Source of the DNA: Octopus vulgaris
Lineage: Eukaryota
DNA length: 64,000 nt
Assembly: GCA_951406725.2 (NCBI GenBank)
Contig: OX597820.1
Location: 54,002,001-54,066,000 of the forward strand
Direction of reading: 5' to 3'
Part shown: in pieces, positions 15,519 to 28,646 of the stretch
Position numbering within the stretch: the stretch's first letter is position 1
How the letters are laid out: each line of letters begins with the position of its first letter
Notes under the pieces: generated by a model
Told to the model about the DNA's origin: nothing
Seen by the model: the letters and a program-made list of their open reading frames with translations, nothing else
The model's database searches: none
Program-made: the position numbers and the translations under genes

Positions 15519-15630
15519 AAGGCGCATGGCTCAGTGGTTAGAGCGTCGAACTTACGACCGTGTGGCTGTGAGTTCGAATCCCGGACCGGGGTACGTGTTG
15601 TCTTCTTGAGTAAGACACTTTATTTCACGT
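15519..15630 (+). mobile_element. SINE family C head (tRNA-like A/B boxes plus CORE-like segment)
   Basis: tggctcagtggttagagc A box and gagttcgaatcc B box, followed by ttgagtaagacactttattt; second head fragment at 38197-38252. Confidence 0.75.
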
Positions 15631-16079
15631 ATTAAAGATCTGGGTTACTTTGGATGCTAAAAATTCCATGCGGTCAAAATCTGGTTTTCTTGAATAGTGC
15701 ACAATCATCTGATTCTTTGGAGCATGATAAAAAAGCATCGCAAAGAAGTAAAAATACTGCTCCAAGCCACATCTAATCGGGAATTATTCAGGAAACGACA
15801 GTCTGATTGATTGTCTAAAATCAAGAGGATTGAGGTACATACATGTTTTTGCATTAACAAGTGTCATCAGTGAAGCAATTATCCTCCTTTATTTTCAGTA
15901 GCCGATATACTTAGACAAACAAACAAGAGTAGGATACATTTATCTATTCTACTCTTGTTTGTTTGCCCTGGTTCATAGACACTAATGTCCAGTTTTAGTC
16001 CTAAACAGTAAGGCGTCATATAGTGTTATCCACATTATTCTCGATTCAACGTATGTTATTCAAAATGGCCGCTCCCCCT

Positions 16080-16148
<69 letters not shown>

Positions 16149-16229
16149 CAGCAAGTGCGCATGCCCTTTATATCAAGGGAAGTCATTCAAATCATGGCAC
16201 AATTTGCATAACATTAATTTGCATAACAC

Positions 16230-16770
16230 AGCCGAAATCAGTTTTGGCACAAACTTGGCAGACACGCGTCTCATACTCAAATCTTCAGAGATAATGGACT
16301 GAACTGAACCGTAACTAATCTGCACATCCTCTGAAAACTCATGGATGGTGATTTGACGATTTCTCCTCACAGATGCAGGCACATCTGCGATGTTACTTCT
16401 CAGTTCTCCTGGGTGCAGGTCTCCCAGAATGTTTGTCAATATTGACATTTTTTTGGCGATCTTGGAACCATCTGAACCACTTGCACACTTCTATGCGATC
16501 ATAAACTCCTTTCTGCAACTCTGAGTAGGCCTCTGTGCAGGTATTGCCATGATAACTTTCTCTGTGATAGTCAATGCGACGTCCACACGCTACACACCTT
16601 CCTTCCTTCCAAGCACTGCTGTAAGCAGCGGAAGTGAGCTAGAACGTTAAAACTTTTGCGCATGCACAGCAGAGTTCAAGGGCAATCTTTGCCAAGTGGC
16701 TTCACTCGGTGTATTTTAGCTTCGTTACTATGACAACAGTCTGGATACTTATTCATCAGACCTCGTGTAT
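16230..16770 (-). mobile_element. mariner transposon 5' fragment
   Basis: TIR cgaggtctgatgaataag; peptide RRNRQITIHE...SYGSVQSIISEDLSMRRVSAKFVPKL; homologous to 56350-56862. Confidence 0.88.
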
Positions 16771-16779
16771 ACATACACA

Positions 16780-16831
<52 letters not shown>

Positions 16832-16914
16832 GTAACCGCATGTGGATCGGTAGCTGTTTTTTTTTACTTCTGTCTTTCCGTCTTCCTTTTCTCTTAGACT
16901 TTCCTCTGTCTCCT

Positions 16915-16949
16915 GTTTCTGAAGAAGAGCTTTACTCGAAATGTAAAAC
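16915..16949 (+). ncRNA. Minimal type I hammerhead ribozyme motif, partly decayed
   Basis: gttt-CTGAAGA-a-gag/ctc-GAAA-t-GTA-aaac within a pyrimidine-rich module (about 16830-17060). Confidence 0.65.
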
Positions 16950-17378
16950 TAACTTTCTTCCCTTCGCTGAGCATCTGTTAATATTTTGCATGAACAACGT
17001 CCACGCGTTGCTGTTTGTTTTTCTTGTGTTTTTCTTCGTTTTGGGGGATTATATATATATCTTTTGAATTTGTTGATGGGAAGCCTTTTGGATATGTAGA
17101 TAAAATTCCTATTCTATTATGCCACCCACAGACTAATGATGCTGTCTGATGAACCAGTTTTTCGGGATTGCGTCGCTCTGTACATCCTTTAATGTTATAT
17201 CGCCTGATGAAATGAATCCATAAAGATGATCAACCCGATGCCCATGGATACTATGGACTGCACTGCATCCCAAAAATATGGACTATGGTCTTAGGAGAAA
17301 TGTGATTTGTGGAAAGGCCCAGAGCGATTCATTAAATGTCTATAAATTCCTTTCAAGGATTTTTATTGTTTTTGTTGC

Positions 17379-17415
<37 letters not shown>

Positions 17416-17487
17416 ATTATTATTATTATTATTGTTGTTGTTGTTGTTATTGTTATTATTATTATTTATGCATATATATATATATAC

Positions 17488-17548
<61 letters not shown>

Positions 17549-17859
17549 TATATCTATACACCTACACTTATTCATATAGTTTTCTGTTTATTACATGTGC
17601 GTGCATATATATGAGAGATTATATGTGCATATACGTAGTGGCGTGCAGGAGTTATGCGTGTCTATATGAATGTGTGGATGTGTTCGTCGATGTAATTGTG
17701 TAAAAAAGAATAAGTAACTTCACAATAATGTACAGTGTACTAATTTCTATACATTGTCAGAACAACTGTCAGTGTAAATGAATACAAGCAAATGTGTGAA
17801 TGTGTGGGCGTATGTTTATATATGTATATATATACACATATATATATATGTATTATACA

Positions 17860-17898
<39 letters not shown>

Positions 17899-18001
17899 TA
17901 TACACATATATATGTATTATACATCTATATATATATATATATATATATATCATATATATATTATGCATATATATATATATATATATATATCATATATATA
18001 T

Positions 18002-18041
<40 letters not shown>

Positions 18042-18063
18042 TATATACAAATGTATTATATAT

Positions 18064-18106
<43 letters not shown>

Positions 18107-18615
18107 AGGGGGTATGTATCTATATATATATATGTATATATGTTGATGTATGTATGTATGTTTGTTTATATGTATGTATGTATTTATGTTTATAATCGTG
18201 AGTATATGCGTGTCCTGACCCGTTGTTATATCATAAATCAATATACACATCAGTAAGTTTTAAAGAATTATAAACTTAAATATATTTTAATATAAGACAA
18301 ATTATTAAACAAATCAAGTTATTAACAAAATCTACCTGACCGGATATTGTCATTTTTTCACGGTTTTCAATGTATATTTTGCTTTTCTAATAGTCTCCAT
18401 AAACAACCCACATTATATTGCTTATATGTGTGTTTGTTTGTATATGTATATATATATACATATATATCTGTGTGTATAGAAAGACAAACATTCATGAGTG
18501 TGTCGATACACACTTATATAGACGCATACACGCATGCACATACACGCAAACACACACACACACCGACACGCACCAAGTAATGACGTGTTTGTGTTAGGAA
18601 GTTTCTCTGTACATT

Positions 18616-18691
<76 letters not shown>

Positions 18692-19906
18692 TGTGTGTGT
18701 GTGTGTGTGTGTATGTATATATATATATAAGTACATGTGTATGTCTATACATGTATGTATGTTTGTATGTTTGTATGTATCTTTGTATCTATGTATGCAT
18801 GTATTTAACTATCTATCTATCAATCTATCTATTTATATGTTATTGTATTAAGTCTTTCTACTCCAGACAATAGCACACGAGGAAGAATGATAAAAATGGC
18901 CGAAATTTGATAAAATTATATTAGCGATCAATTAAATGTACTGACGTTTTTAATAAAGTCTCTTAATATATTAATAATATGACGCTGTAAATATATACAA
19001 AAGACAGTAAGTTGGCAGAAATGCATTGCTCTATTTAGCTGCGGCTGTTTGCCTCCTTGTTTCAAATCTTTTCTAGATCAACCTTGCCTCAGTAAGATAA
19101 TTAGTAAGATCAACCTCGGTAAGATAATTAGTGTTCATATTTACTCGCTGATTCTTTCAGGAGGTCCCCAGTTTCGATCTCACTGTGTGGTATCTAGGAT
19201 GAGAGGCTTTTACATATAGTCTCGTATCGCTCCAAATTAAGTAAACAGAAACTGTGCGTAAGCCTGGCTGATGAATTTTTCCTCTGTTTCATAGATCCAG
19301 ACTGTTCTGCCTAAAAATTATATAAATGTTACACATGTCTATGGAATACTCAGCCACTTGCACGTCAATTCAATGAGCAATTTGCTCAGCTAATCCAACA
19401 GTAATCGAAGATCTACTTATTGGTATCAAAATATTTTGCCTGTTGATCTTTTATTAGAAATCCAGTGGAATCGCAGAAGAGATAGATTTCGCTATTTAAT
19501 TGCAACTGTTTCTGCTTTGATTTTGAAATCCACTGAAGTTGTCTGTGAACTTCATCGTTCTGAGACTGATAGATGAAATCCCAGTAAAGTACTGGGGTCG
19601 ATACCATCTGCTGTTCTGATCTTCTACAATTCAGGTCTGTATATGAAATTGATACTGGAAGTTTTTGCAAGCTTACACAGTCACTTGGCCCGTTAAAAAC
19701 AGCAGCGGGTTATCCTTTAGGTCAAACCCTATTTACATGCAATACTAGGCATGTTCGATATTGAAATCTAAGATATATCTGGTATAAGATAAAAGGAACA
19801 GAATGGTCATGACTGAAACACCTTTGGTTATATATCTGCTAGTTTAGGACTGATTTGGGGACAACAAAAAGTTATTGTACAGTAAATCATTCTGACAGAG
19901 CAAAAG

Positions 19907-20023
<117 letters not shown>

Positions 20024-21605
20024 AAGTCAGCAAATTGACCAAGCTTTTAGAGTTTTGGATGGAACTCCTCTCGATGTGTGTTTCAACTTTTGCACTCAAA
20101 TTTCGCCAAAGTCAACTTTGCCTTCAGTCCTTTTGGGATCAATAAAAAATGCACCTTTACGAAGCGATAGATCAGCGAAACTACTAATAGAGAGTCAGGC
20201 GAGATGGTTGATAGTATGTATCTTCTGGCTCTTTGCGTTCTGGTGGCAAGCTGTTTCACCCCAGGTCGGTAGCCTTTCTTTCGTATGAACATCAGTACCA
20301 AAGACAAGAGAGACTACGATTCGTGAGTAATTCCTTGCGTTCCTCAAAACAAAATAAAGAAAGAACTTTTTTTTTGTCTTGTCTAGGCTTGCACTTAGAT
20401 GTACAGATGTATGGTTAACATTGAGCGACGGAAGCCCTACAAAGAGAAGTGAAGATGTGAAGGCACGGAAGCATGGACACGTGAAGGCGTGGAGTCGTAA
20501 AACCTAAGGTCATGTCATTAAAGCCACATTTGTGAAACTTTTGCACCTCCGCTTCTTTATTAATGAGTAAACATAATGAAGTTTGCGTGCATAAAATTCT
20601 TCTTGGTTCGCCGTTCTGTAGGACAAGTTTAAAATGTTTAAAATCATCTTAATTTTACTCAACATGTCAATATATCTGTTACCCAGCAGGCAACGAGCTG
20701 ACAGAATCGTTAGTACGCCTAGCAAAATGCCTAGCGACATTTCGTCCGTCTGTACATTCTGAGTTCAAATTCTGCCGAGGTTGACTTTGTCTTTTATCCT
20801 CTCGGAGTCGATAAAATGAGTACTAGTTGAGCACCGGAGTTCAGATAATCATCTTATCCCTTCCCTGGAATTGCTGGCCATGTGTCCAAATTTGAAACCA
20901 ATATCTCAGTTACCTTTTCAATCCCCTCCCCAGAATTGCTGGCTATGTGTCCAAATTTGAAACTAATATATCAATTACCTTTTCAATTGTCACAATTTCT
21001 ACAATAAGAAACGCTGTCCTGTAGTAACTGGCAGATTTTCTGTGTTGTCTTTAGTTATTACAATTTCAGAGATAGTTATTCTATATGTTTAACATGATTT
21101 ATAACTGAATCAGGGAATGAAGTGAAGTATAGAAAACAGAAGGAAGGGATAAAAAAAAAAGCAAATGGTGGGAGTTGGTAATAACATAATCAAGCGAAGG
21201 AACACAGATGTAAGGAATGAGTGGAAATGTGTAAAAATATGTTTTTATTTAAATCCAAATAAATCTTAAAGTCTGTCAAATGTAGTTTGAGATCTTAGAA
21301 GTTGGTGAAAATAATTAGAACAACGAAAGTGGTGGCAAAAAGAACAAAAGGAAGAAATAGAAGAAGTGAAAATTAGTTACAAATGAAGGATGAATTTAAA
21401 AGAAAGGAAAGGGAAATCATGGATCTATATATTAATGCCTTACAGAAATCTAGAGCATAGAAGAATGAATGGGAAAGATAAACCAAAGTAGTGAGAGAAC
21501 CTGGTGTGTATACATATGCGTGTATGTGTCTGTTGTCATGTGCATGAATGTACACATTTTTATGGCATCTACATATGAATAAATATATATGTGTGTGTGT
21601 GTGTA

Positions 21606-21684
<79 letters not shown>

Positions 21685-21733
21685 ACGAACAAAAGCAAGT
21701 GCATTAGTTTCACGCTCGGGAAAATGAAAAAGT

Positions 21734-21770
21734 CTTCTACGTTTCGAGCCTACGCACTTCAACGGAAAAG
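21734..21770 (-). ncRNA. Degenerate hammerhead motif, same family as 22625-22660
   Basis: ccgttga-a-gtgc gtag gctc-GAAA-c-GTA. Confidence 0.45.
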
Positions 21771-22009
21771 AAAGTGTGCATGTGTGTGTGTGTGTGTGTG
21801 TATGTGTGCACACATACACAGGTATTTATCATGTAAATAAATATATATATGCACACACACACATAAATATTAACATATGTATACATATACATTTATAATT
21901 ATTTTCAGGATTCAATGGAATCGAGGTTATTTTAATAAGACGTCAAAGTAGATTGCGATTTCTTTCCCTTCTTGTCGTCCGTTACCCTTTACACGTTTAT
22001 CTGAATTGA

Positions 22010-22044
<35 letters not shown>

Positions 22045-22050
<6 letters not shown>

Positions 22051-22247
22051 GGTGCTGAAAATACAGGCAGATCAGTTAATTATGACTTTATTCACTATAT
22101 TCCCCTTACAGATTCACACACTTATTGCAACGGTCCTTCAGTTTTTCTAAGCCCTGTAAGACCTGTAAAATAACTTGGAAGGTGGGGATTCCAACCAGAC
22201 CTTTTGCAATAACCTTCAAGCCAAGAACTTTTCAGCAGCCCCTCGTA
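22045..22247. mobile_element. mariner-derived MITE
   Basis: Ends ggtgctgaaaa ... ttttcagcagcccctcgta. Confidence 0.6.
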
Positions 22248-22624
22248 TATGTATTCTTTTAATTTTTTATCTTTGACTTGATTCGGTCATTTTACTGTTG
22301 CCATGCTGGAGCATCATCTTGAAAGGTTTTTTTTTAGTCGATTAAATCGATCGCAGGACTCATGTTTTTGAAGTCTAGTACTTATTCTATCAGTCTCTTT
22401 TGCCAAACCGTTAAGTTACAGGGACATAAACACACCAACACAGGTTTTCAAGTGGTGATAGGGAGACAGACACAGACACAAACACACACGAATACGCGCA
22501 CACACACACACGCACGCACACGCACACACACACATATATACTTCAATTTTATAGAAAAACAAAGACGAAGAACAACAAGCAAGTGTGTTTGTTAGACGCT
22601 CGGGAAAAATGGAAAAGTAAAAGT

Positions 22625-22660
22625 CTTTTACGTTTCGAGCCTACGCTCTTCAACAGAAAG
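22625..22660 (-). ncRNA. Minimal type I hammerhead motif with CUGUUGA core variant
   Basis: cttt-CTGTTGA-a-GAGC gtag GCTC-GAAA-c-GTA-aaag; the module sits in the microsatellite of a split SINE A (22260-22936). Confidence 0.65.
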
Positions 22661-22718
22661 GAATAAGAGAAAATAAACACAGAGATAATGAAAAAAAGCG
22701 TGTTGAGTTCAGTGACCA

Positions 22719-22790
<72 letters not shown>

Positions 22791-23750
22791 GACGGGTTTC
22801 TTTCAGTTTCCGTCTACCAAATCCACTCACAAGACTTTGGTCGGCCCGATAGTATAGTAAAAGATACTTGCCCAAGGTTCCACGCAGTGGGACTGAACCC
22901 CGAACCATATGGTTGGGAAACAAGCTTCTTACCACGCTGCTGAGCTGACGGAATCGTTATCACGTCGAACAAAATGCTTAGCGGTATTTCTTCCACCTCT
23001 TCACGTCCTGAGTTCGAAACTCACCGACGTCATTTTTGTCTTTCAGTTGGGAGTAAGAGGTCGATAAGATCGATCTCTTACTCCCAAAACTGCTGACCTT
23101 TAGCTCTGCAACAGTCCGGCATAGCTTCCAAGGGAATGCTGTGATCTTGGCTATGGAACACAGGTAATTTATTCGAAAGCAAGAATTCCTTGTCTGACAT
23201 GAGAGATATTTTTAAGATGTTTTTTTTTTTTTTGAATTCTACGAAAACTAAAAGTGCAATTTCTGTTCAAAGAATCACCGACTACAAACATGTTCTTATG
23301 TTCTTTAAATTCATGGCGACTACAAAATTATTTGACAGCAGAAACAGCTTTGCGTGGGCATTTAAGCTGATGATATATGTGTGTGTGTGTCTGTCGCTAC
23401 GTTCTGAGTTCAAATTCCGCCGAGGTCGACTCTGCCTTTCATCCTTTCGGGGTCGATTAAATAAGTACCAGTTACGCACTGGGTTCGATATAATCGACTT
23501 AATCCGCTTGTCTGTCCTTGTTTCTCCTCCCTGTGTTTAGCCCCTTGTGGGTAGTAAAGAAATAGATATATGTGTGTGTATGAGTGTGTGTTTGTGTGTA
23601 TGTGTGCGCGCGCGCATAATATATAAATATACGCACACATATATTACATATGATATATATGTATATATATGTATATATATATATATATATATATACGTAT
23701 ACATACACACAAAGATACATATCGATACATCGATATAGATATATAAGATA

Positions 23751-23802
<52 letters not shown>

Positions 23803-23843
23803 AGAGTGAGAGAGAGAGTGTGTGGGTGAGGGAGACAGACTGG

Positions 23844-23916
<73 letters not shown>

Positions 23917-24366
23917 TTAACATAACAAAACACGATAACGAAATAACATACGTTGAAAAGATTTCAAAGAAATGGTCTAAAGTTGCATGAAGAAAAATGT
24001 CTCTTGAAGTGCTGAGGAAGTAATTAAAATATGAATGGCGCCAATTGCTAAAAAATAGAAAATTCCAGCAAGTAACACCAGTAAGTAGAACAAGTAGGTG
24101 TCACAAAGCTTAATACTGGAGACCTTACAAAGAATAATGGCTATCCATATAGATTTACTGAAGTGATTTACGAGTTTTTTTGGTTGAGGGCTTTTTGTTT
24201 TTGTTTTTGTTTTGTTTATTTTTTTGTCCTTTTTGTCTTTTTTCGACAAGTTTTTCACTCTTGGTTTTGTTTTTCACATTTCTTTTTATTATCAATTCTT
24301 CCGTAGCATTCTTGTTCTTCTTTTCACTTCATACCATTCTCTCTCTCCCCCTTTCTCCCTCTCCCC

Positions 24367-24408
<42 letters not shown>

Positions 24409-24643
24409 CCCTACCTCTAGCTTTTTCTACCTCTAGTTTTTCATATTTGTCTGCCTCTTTTATCTGCCAGTCCGTCTGTCTATCTATTAGACTATCAATA
24501 TGTCTATTCATTATATCTATCTGTCGTTTTATCTATGTATTTATCTATCTAGCCTTCTCTCTATATCTATCGATGTGTTGTGTATATTTATTATATGTGT
24601 CACTTAATCTATCTATCTATCCATTTATCTATCTATTATCTAC

Positions 24644-24706
<63 letters not shown>

Positions 24707-25355
24707 ACTATCTATCTATCTAGCTAGCTAGCTATCTATCTTTCTGTCTGTCTGTCTATCTATCGACCGATCTATCAATCAATCCGTCAATTTAATTATT
24801 TATTTAGCTATCTCTATCTACCACTCACTCTCTGTCCCTCCTTCCTTCCCCTTCTGTCTCTTGTTCTTTATCCATCTATCTATTTATCTTTCTACCTATC
24901 TATCTATCTAGCTAGCTAGCTAGCTAGCAATCTCTCTATCTATCTACCTACATATCTATCAATCTATCTGTCTACTTGTCTATCTGTTTCTTTCCATCAA
25001 CCTACAATTTATCTACCACATAAGATGGCTACCAAGTCTCAAATCTCTGCACCAATTATATTAGATCTCTTCGCTTGTCTTGTCTAACGTCCATCTTGAC
25101 CTTCACACAATAGAATTGACCTTACCTAAATCTCTGACCTTGTCTGTCACCTCACATTTACTTTCTCTTTATTTCCTTTACTTGAAACTTTCTTCTCGCT
25201 TTCTCACACAACTCAAATACAAACACAAACACACACTTGTGAATTTTTCTCATACGTACGTATTCTCTTGGGAATATCTTCTCCCTCTTTATCTCTCTCT
25301 CTCTCTCTCCCTTCCTCTAATTCTACCTCTCTCTATCTCTCTATCTACCTATCTA

Positions 25356-25424
<69 letters not shown>

Positions 25425-25547
25425 TCTCGCATATGCATACACAAACCATACATAAACTATCGCCCTCTCTCTTTCCGTCTCCCTCGGTCCATCTTCAGTT
25501 TTTCTCACTGTATGTTTGCCTGTCTCTCTTTCTCTCACCCTTTCTCT

Positions 25548-25588
<41 letters not shown>

Positions 25589-26676
25589 TTTACATCTTTA
25601 ATAAGACTCATACATTCACACACAGTCACACTCACACGCAGTCATACACACACATATACACATGCACACACACACACATGCACTCACGGACTTTCATTCA
25701 CAAAGACACACATACACATACGTACGCACGCACGCATGCACACATACATTCAGTCAAGCCACGCACTCACACATAATCAGTTATACACACGCGCACGTAC
25801 GTCCACCCACCCATCCATACACACACACACCCACACACATCCACACACACACACACATCCACCCACACACACTCACACATACACACACACACATATAAAC
25901 CCAGTTAAGCAAACTCTTAATGACCTAGTGATAGAAGCTGTTCTGAGTGTGTTATGTGAAATAAGTGGAAACTAAAAGGAAAGAATGATATAGTGGTTTC
26001 CAACGGAGGAATGGATAAATCGATTACATCGACCCTCAGTATTCAACTGGTATTTATTTTATCAATCCGAAAAGGATGAAAAGTAGTCAACCTCAGCAGA
26101 GTTTGAACTCAGAACGTAAGGACGGACGAAATACCGCTGAGCATTTTGCCCAGCGTACTAACGATTCTTTTCTACTCTAAGCAAAAGGCCCAAAATTTTC
26201 GGGGAGGTGCCAGTCGATTAGATCGATGCCAGTACGCATCTGGTACTTAATTTATCGACCCCGAAAGGTTGAAAGGAAAAGTCGACCTAGACGGAATTTG
26301 AGCTCAGAGCACAAAGTCAGAAGAAATACTGCTAAGCATTTCGCCCGGCGTGCTAACGAGTCTGCCAGCTCACCACCTTAGGAAAAAGTAATATATTGAC
26401 TTCTTTTCTTAAAGAGTACTTTTCTGAAATACTCCTAAAACTGACCAGTGAATCAACAATCTCACCACAAAAGATGTGAATCTGTTAGTGCAAGTGTGTG
26501 TGTGTGTGTGTTCCAGTAGATGTCATATGTTCCAGAGAAGTAAAAACCAACCTAGTAGAGGTGCAACTGATCTTAGAAGAATATATCCCAAGGGCATAGA
26601 GTGTAGATTTTTATCGAATGTACTAAATAGGAACTTGACCAGTGAGTGTTTATGACTTTCTTTGATCCACAATACA

Positions 26677-27368
26677 TGGAAAAATAACCTTCAAAGGTAA
26701 TAATTATTAAAATTATAAATTAGGGTATCATCGCTGCTATTTTCAGCATGGTGGTATCTCGTAGATACCCTAATTTATAATTTTAATAATTATTACCTTT
26801 GAAGGTTATTTTTTCCAAGCTGGCCACTTGATAAAAATCGTTATTTTATTTTAAATTAACGATCTTATCCGTATTTATATAAATTTAACTTTATTTCGTC
26901 ACTGTATTTACTGCAGTGATATTTTAACCATATCTCACATGGAATTAAACAGCGGACATTTTGAACTGGCCATGATGCATTCGTGCATATATATATATAT
27001 ATGTATACGTTCGTATATGTAAGTATTGGTATGTTGTATTTATATATATATATATGTATTTATGTTTCTTTTCTGTGTGTATTCTACTGATGAGGCAAAG
27101 CATTCCTAAATGCAAAGTCAGAAATCTGGGATCTAGAATTATCCAGTAATTTTTTACTAGCTTCATCTTGTCTCTTTGTTTTCTCTCCGTTTTGATATAT
27201 GGACAATTAAGGTTGTTTTAGAGTCAGATCATGGCTGCTATTTTCAGTATGGTGGTATCTCGTAGATACCCTAATTTATAATTTTAATAATTATCACCTT
27301 TGAAGGTTATTTTTTCCATGCTGGCCACTTGATAAAATCGTTATTTTATTTAAAGTTAACGATCTTAT

Positions 27369-27372
<4 letters not shown>
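26677..27372 (+). mobile_element. Penelope-like non-autonomous element: inverted partial pLTR plus two direct pLTRs
   Basis: Inverted arms 26677-26729/26764-26817; direct repeat about 26733-26870 vs 27234-27370; internal HHR; ends in (TA)n. Confidence 0.75.
27081..27139 (+). ncRNA. Type I hammerhead ribozyme motif
   Basis: attcta-CTGATGA-ggc...gtc-a-GAAA-tctggga-TC-tagaat; perfect 6-bp stem I. Confidence 0.7.
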
Positions 27373-27409
<37 letters not shown>

Positions 27410-27413
<4 letters not shown>

Positions 27414-28001
27414 GAAATTATTGTATTCAGTGCCCAGGTGCACCACAGCTTGTCAGAAAGTGCGCACAAAGTATATGCAGTAATGTAAAAATGTCTGGAA
27501 AGCGAACAATGTATGAGTCAGATACATGCTTGTGTGTGTATGGAGGTGAGAAAATCAGGTGTAGTGTTGGCGAATCTCAGAAAGCATGGAAGTTTTGAAG
27601 GATGCAGTGCTCCGACAACTAACAACTGACGCCGGCAGTTTGTTCCATGCTTCAGCAACTCTCAGCGTGAAAAAATGTTTCCTAAAGTCATGGGAGCTGT
27701 GCTGTTTTCTGACTTTGTAAATATGTCCACGGGTGTTAGACGGGTGGAGTTTGAAAAGATGCTCAGAGTTATTGTTTGTAAGATGGTTGATAATTTTATG
27801 GGTGTCTGCCAAGCCAGCTGCCAGACTTTGGAGTTTCAATGTGTCCATGCCCAGGGAAGTAAGGCATTCAGAATATGGCAAATGCCTGATGGAGGGTATT
27901 CTTTTGGTTGCACGTCGCTGAACGGCTTCCAGACGATTGATATCCTGGGAAAGATAGGGGTTACAGACCGGTGATGCAAATTCCAGGTGAGGTCTTACCA
28001 T
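27410..28001 (-). mobile_element. CR1/L2-type LINE 3' fragment (RT C-terminus plus 3' UTR)
   Basis: ORF 27555-28001: VRPHLEFASPVCNPY...LEAVQRRATK...TRGH...RKHFFTLRVAEAWNKLP. Confidence 0.9.
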
Positions 28002-28111
28002 ATATAAACTTATTTTTCTTTTAACGGTTCCTTTGCCTATCCGCTAAGTTAAATGGGTCTCAAATAAACTAACACCGATTGTCAAGCGATGGTGGGGAAA
28101 AACCACACACA

Positions 28112-28150
<39 letters not shown>

Positions 28151-28419
28151 CAGGCTTTTTTCAGGTAATGTCCGTACAACAGGTATTTTTTTTCAGGTAA
28201 TGCCTGTACAACAGGCTTTTCTCAGGTGGTGTCAAGTAAATACATTCATAACACTATGGTCGGCTGAGGGCTATAATAAAAAAAACACTTACTCAAGGTG
28301 CGACGCAGTGGGGCTGAGCCTGGAACAAGACAGTTGGGAAGCAAACTATTTGCCACACAGCTACACCTGTGCCTATTTTATATACTTTTATATACTTTAA
28401 TGAATATAATCAAGCGCGT

Positions 28420-28646
28420 TTCTTTGCATCGTCTAACTGTCCGGATGTTTTATTGTTGCCTGTTACGTTCTTGTTCCACTTTTGTTTTCCTTTGTGCGTG
28501 TGTATGTATATATCATCATCATCGTTTAAGCGGACGTTAAACGATGATGATGATATATACATACACACGCACAAAGGAAAACAAAAGTGGAACAAGAACG
28601 TAACAGGCAACAATAAAACATCCGGACAGTTAGACGATGCAAAGAA
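28420..28646. repeat. 110-bp inverted repeat with 7-nt loop, apparently perfect
   Basis: Arms 28420-28529 and 28537-28646, loop gcggacg. Confidence 0.95.

Noticed and set aside
15519-15592. tRNA-like sequence
   Set aside because: No acceptor stem pairing and it continues into a CORE-like body, so it is a SINE head
20193-20271. Short plus-strand signal-peptide-like ORF MVDSMYLLALCVLVASCFTPGR
   Set aside because: Stops after 22 codons, weak donor site, no downstream exon identified
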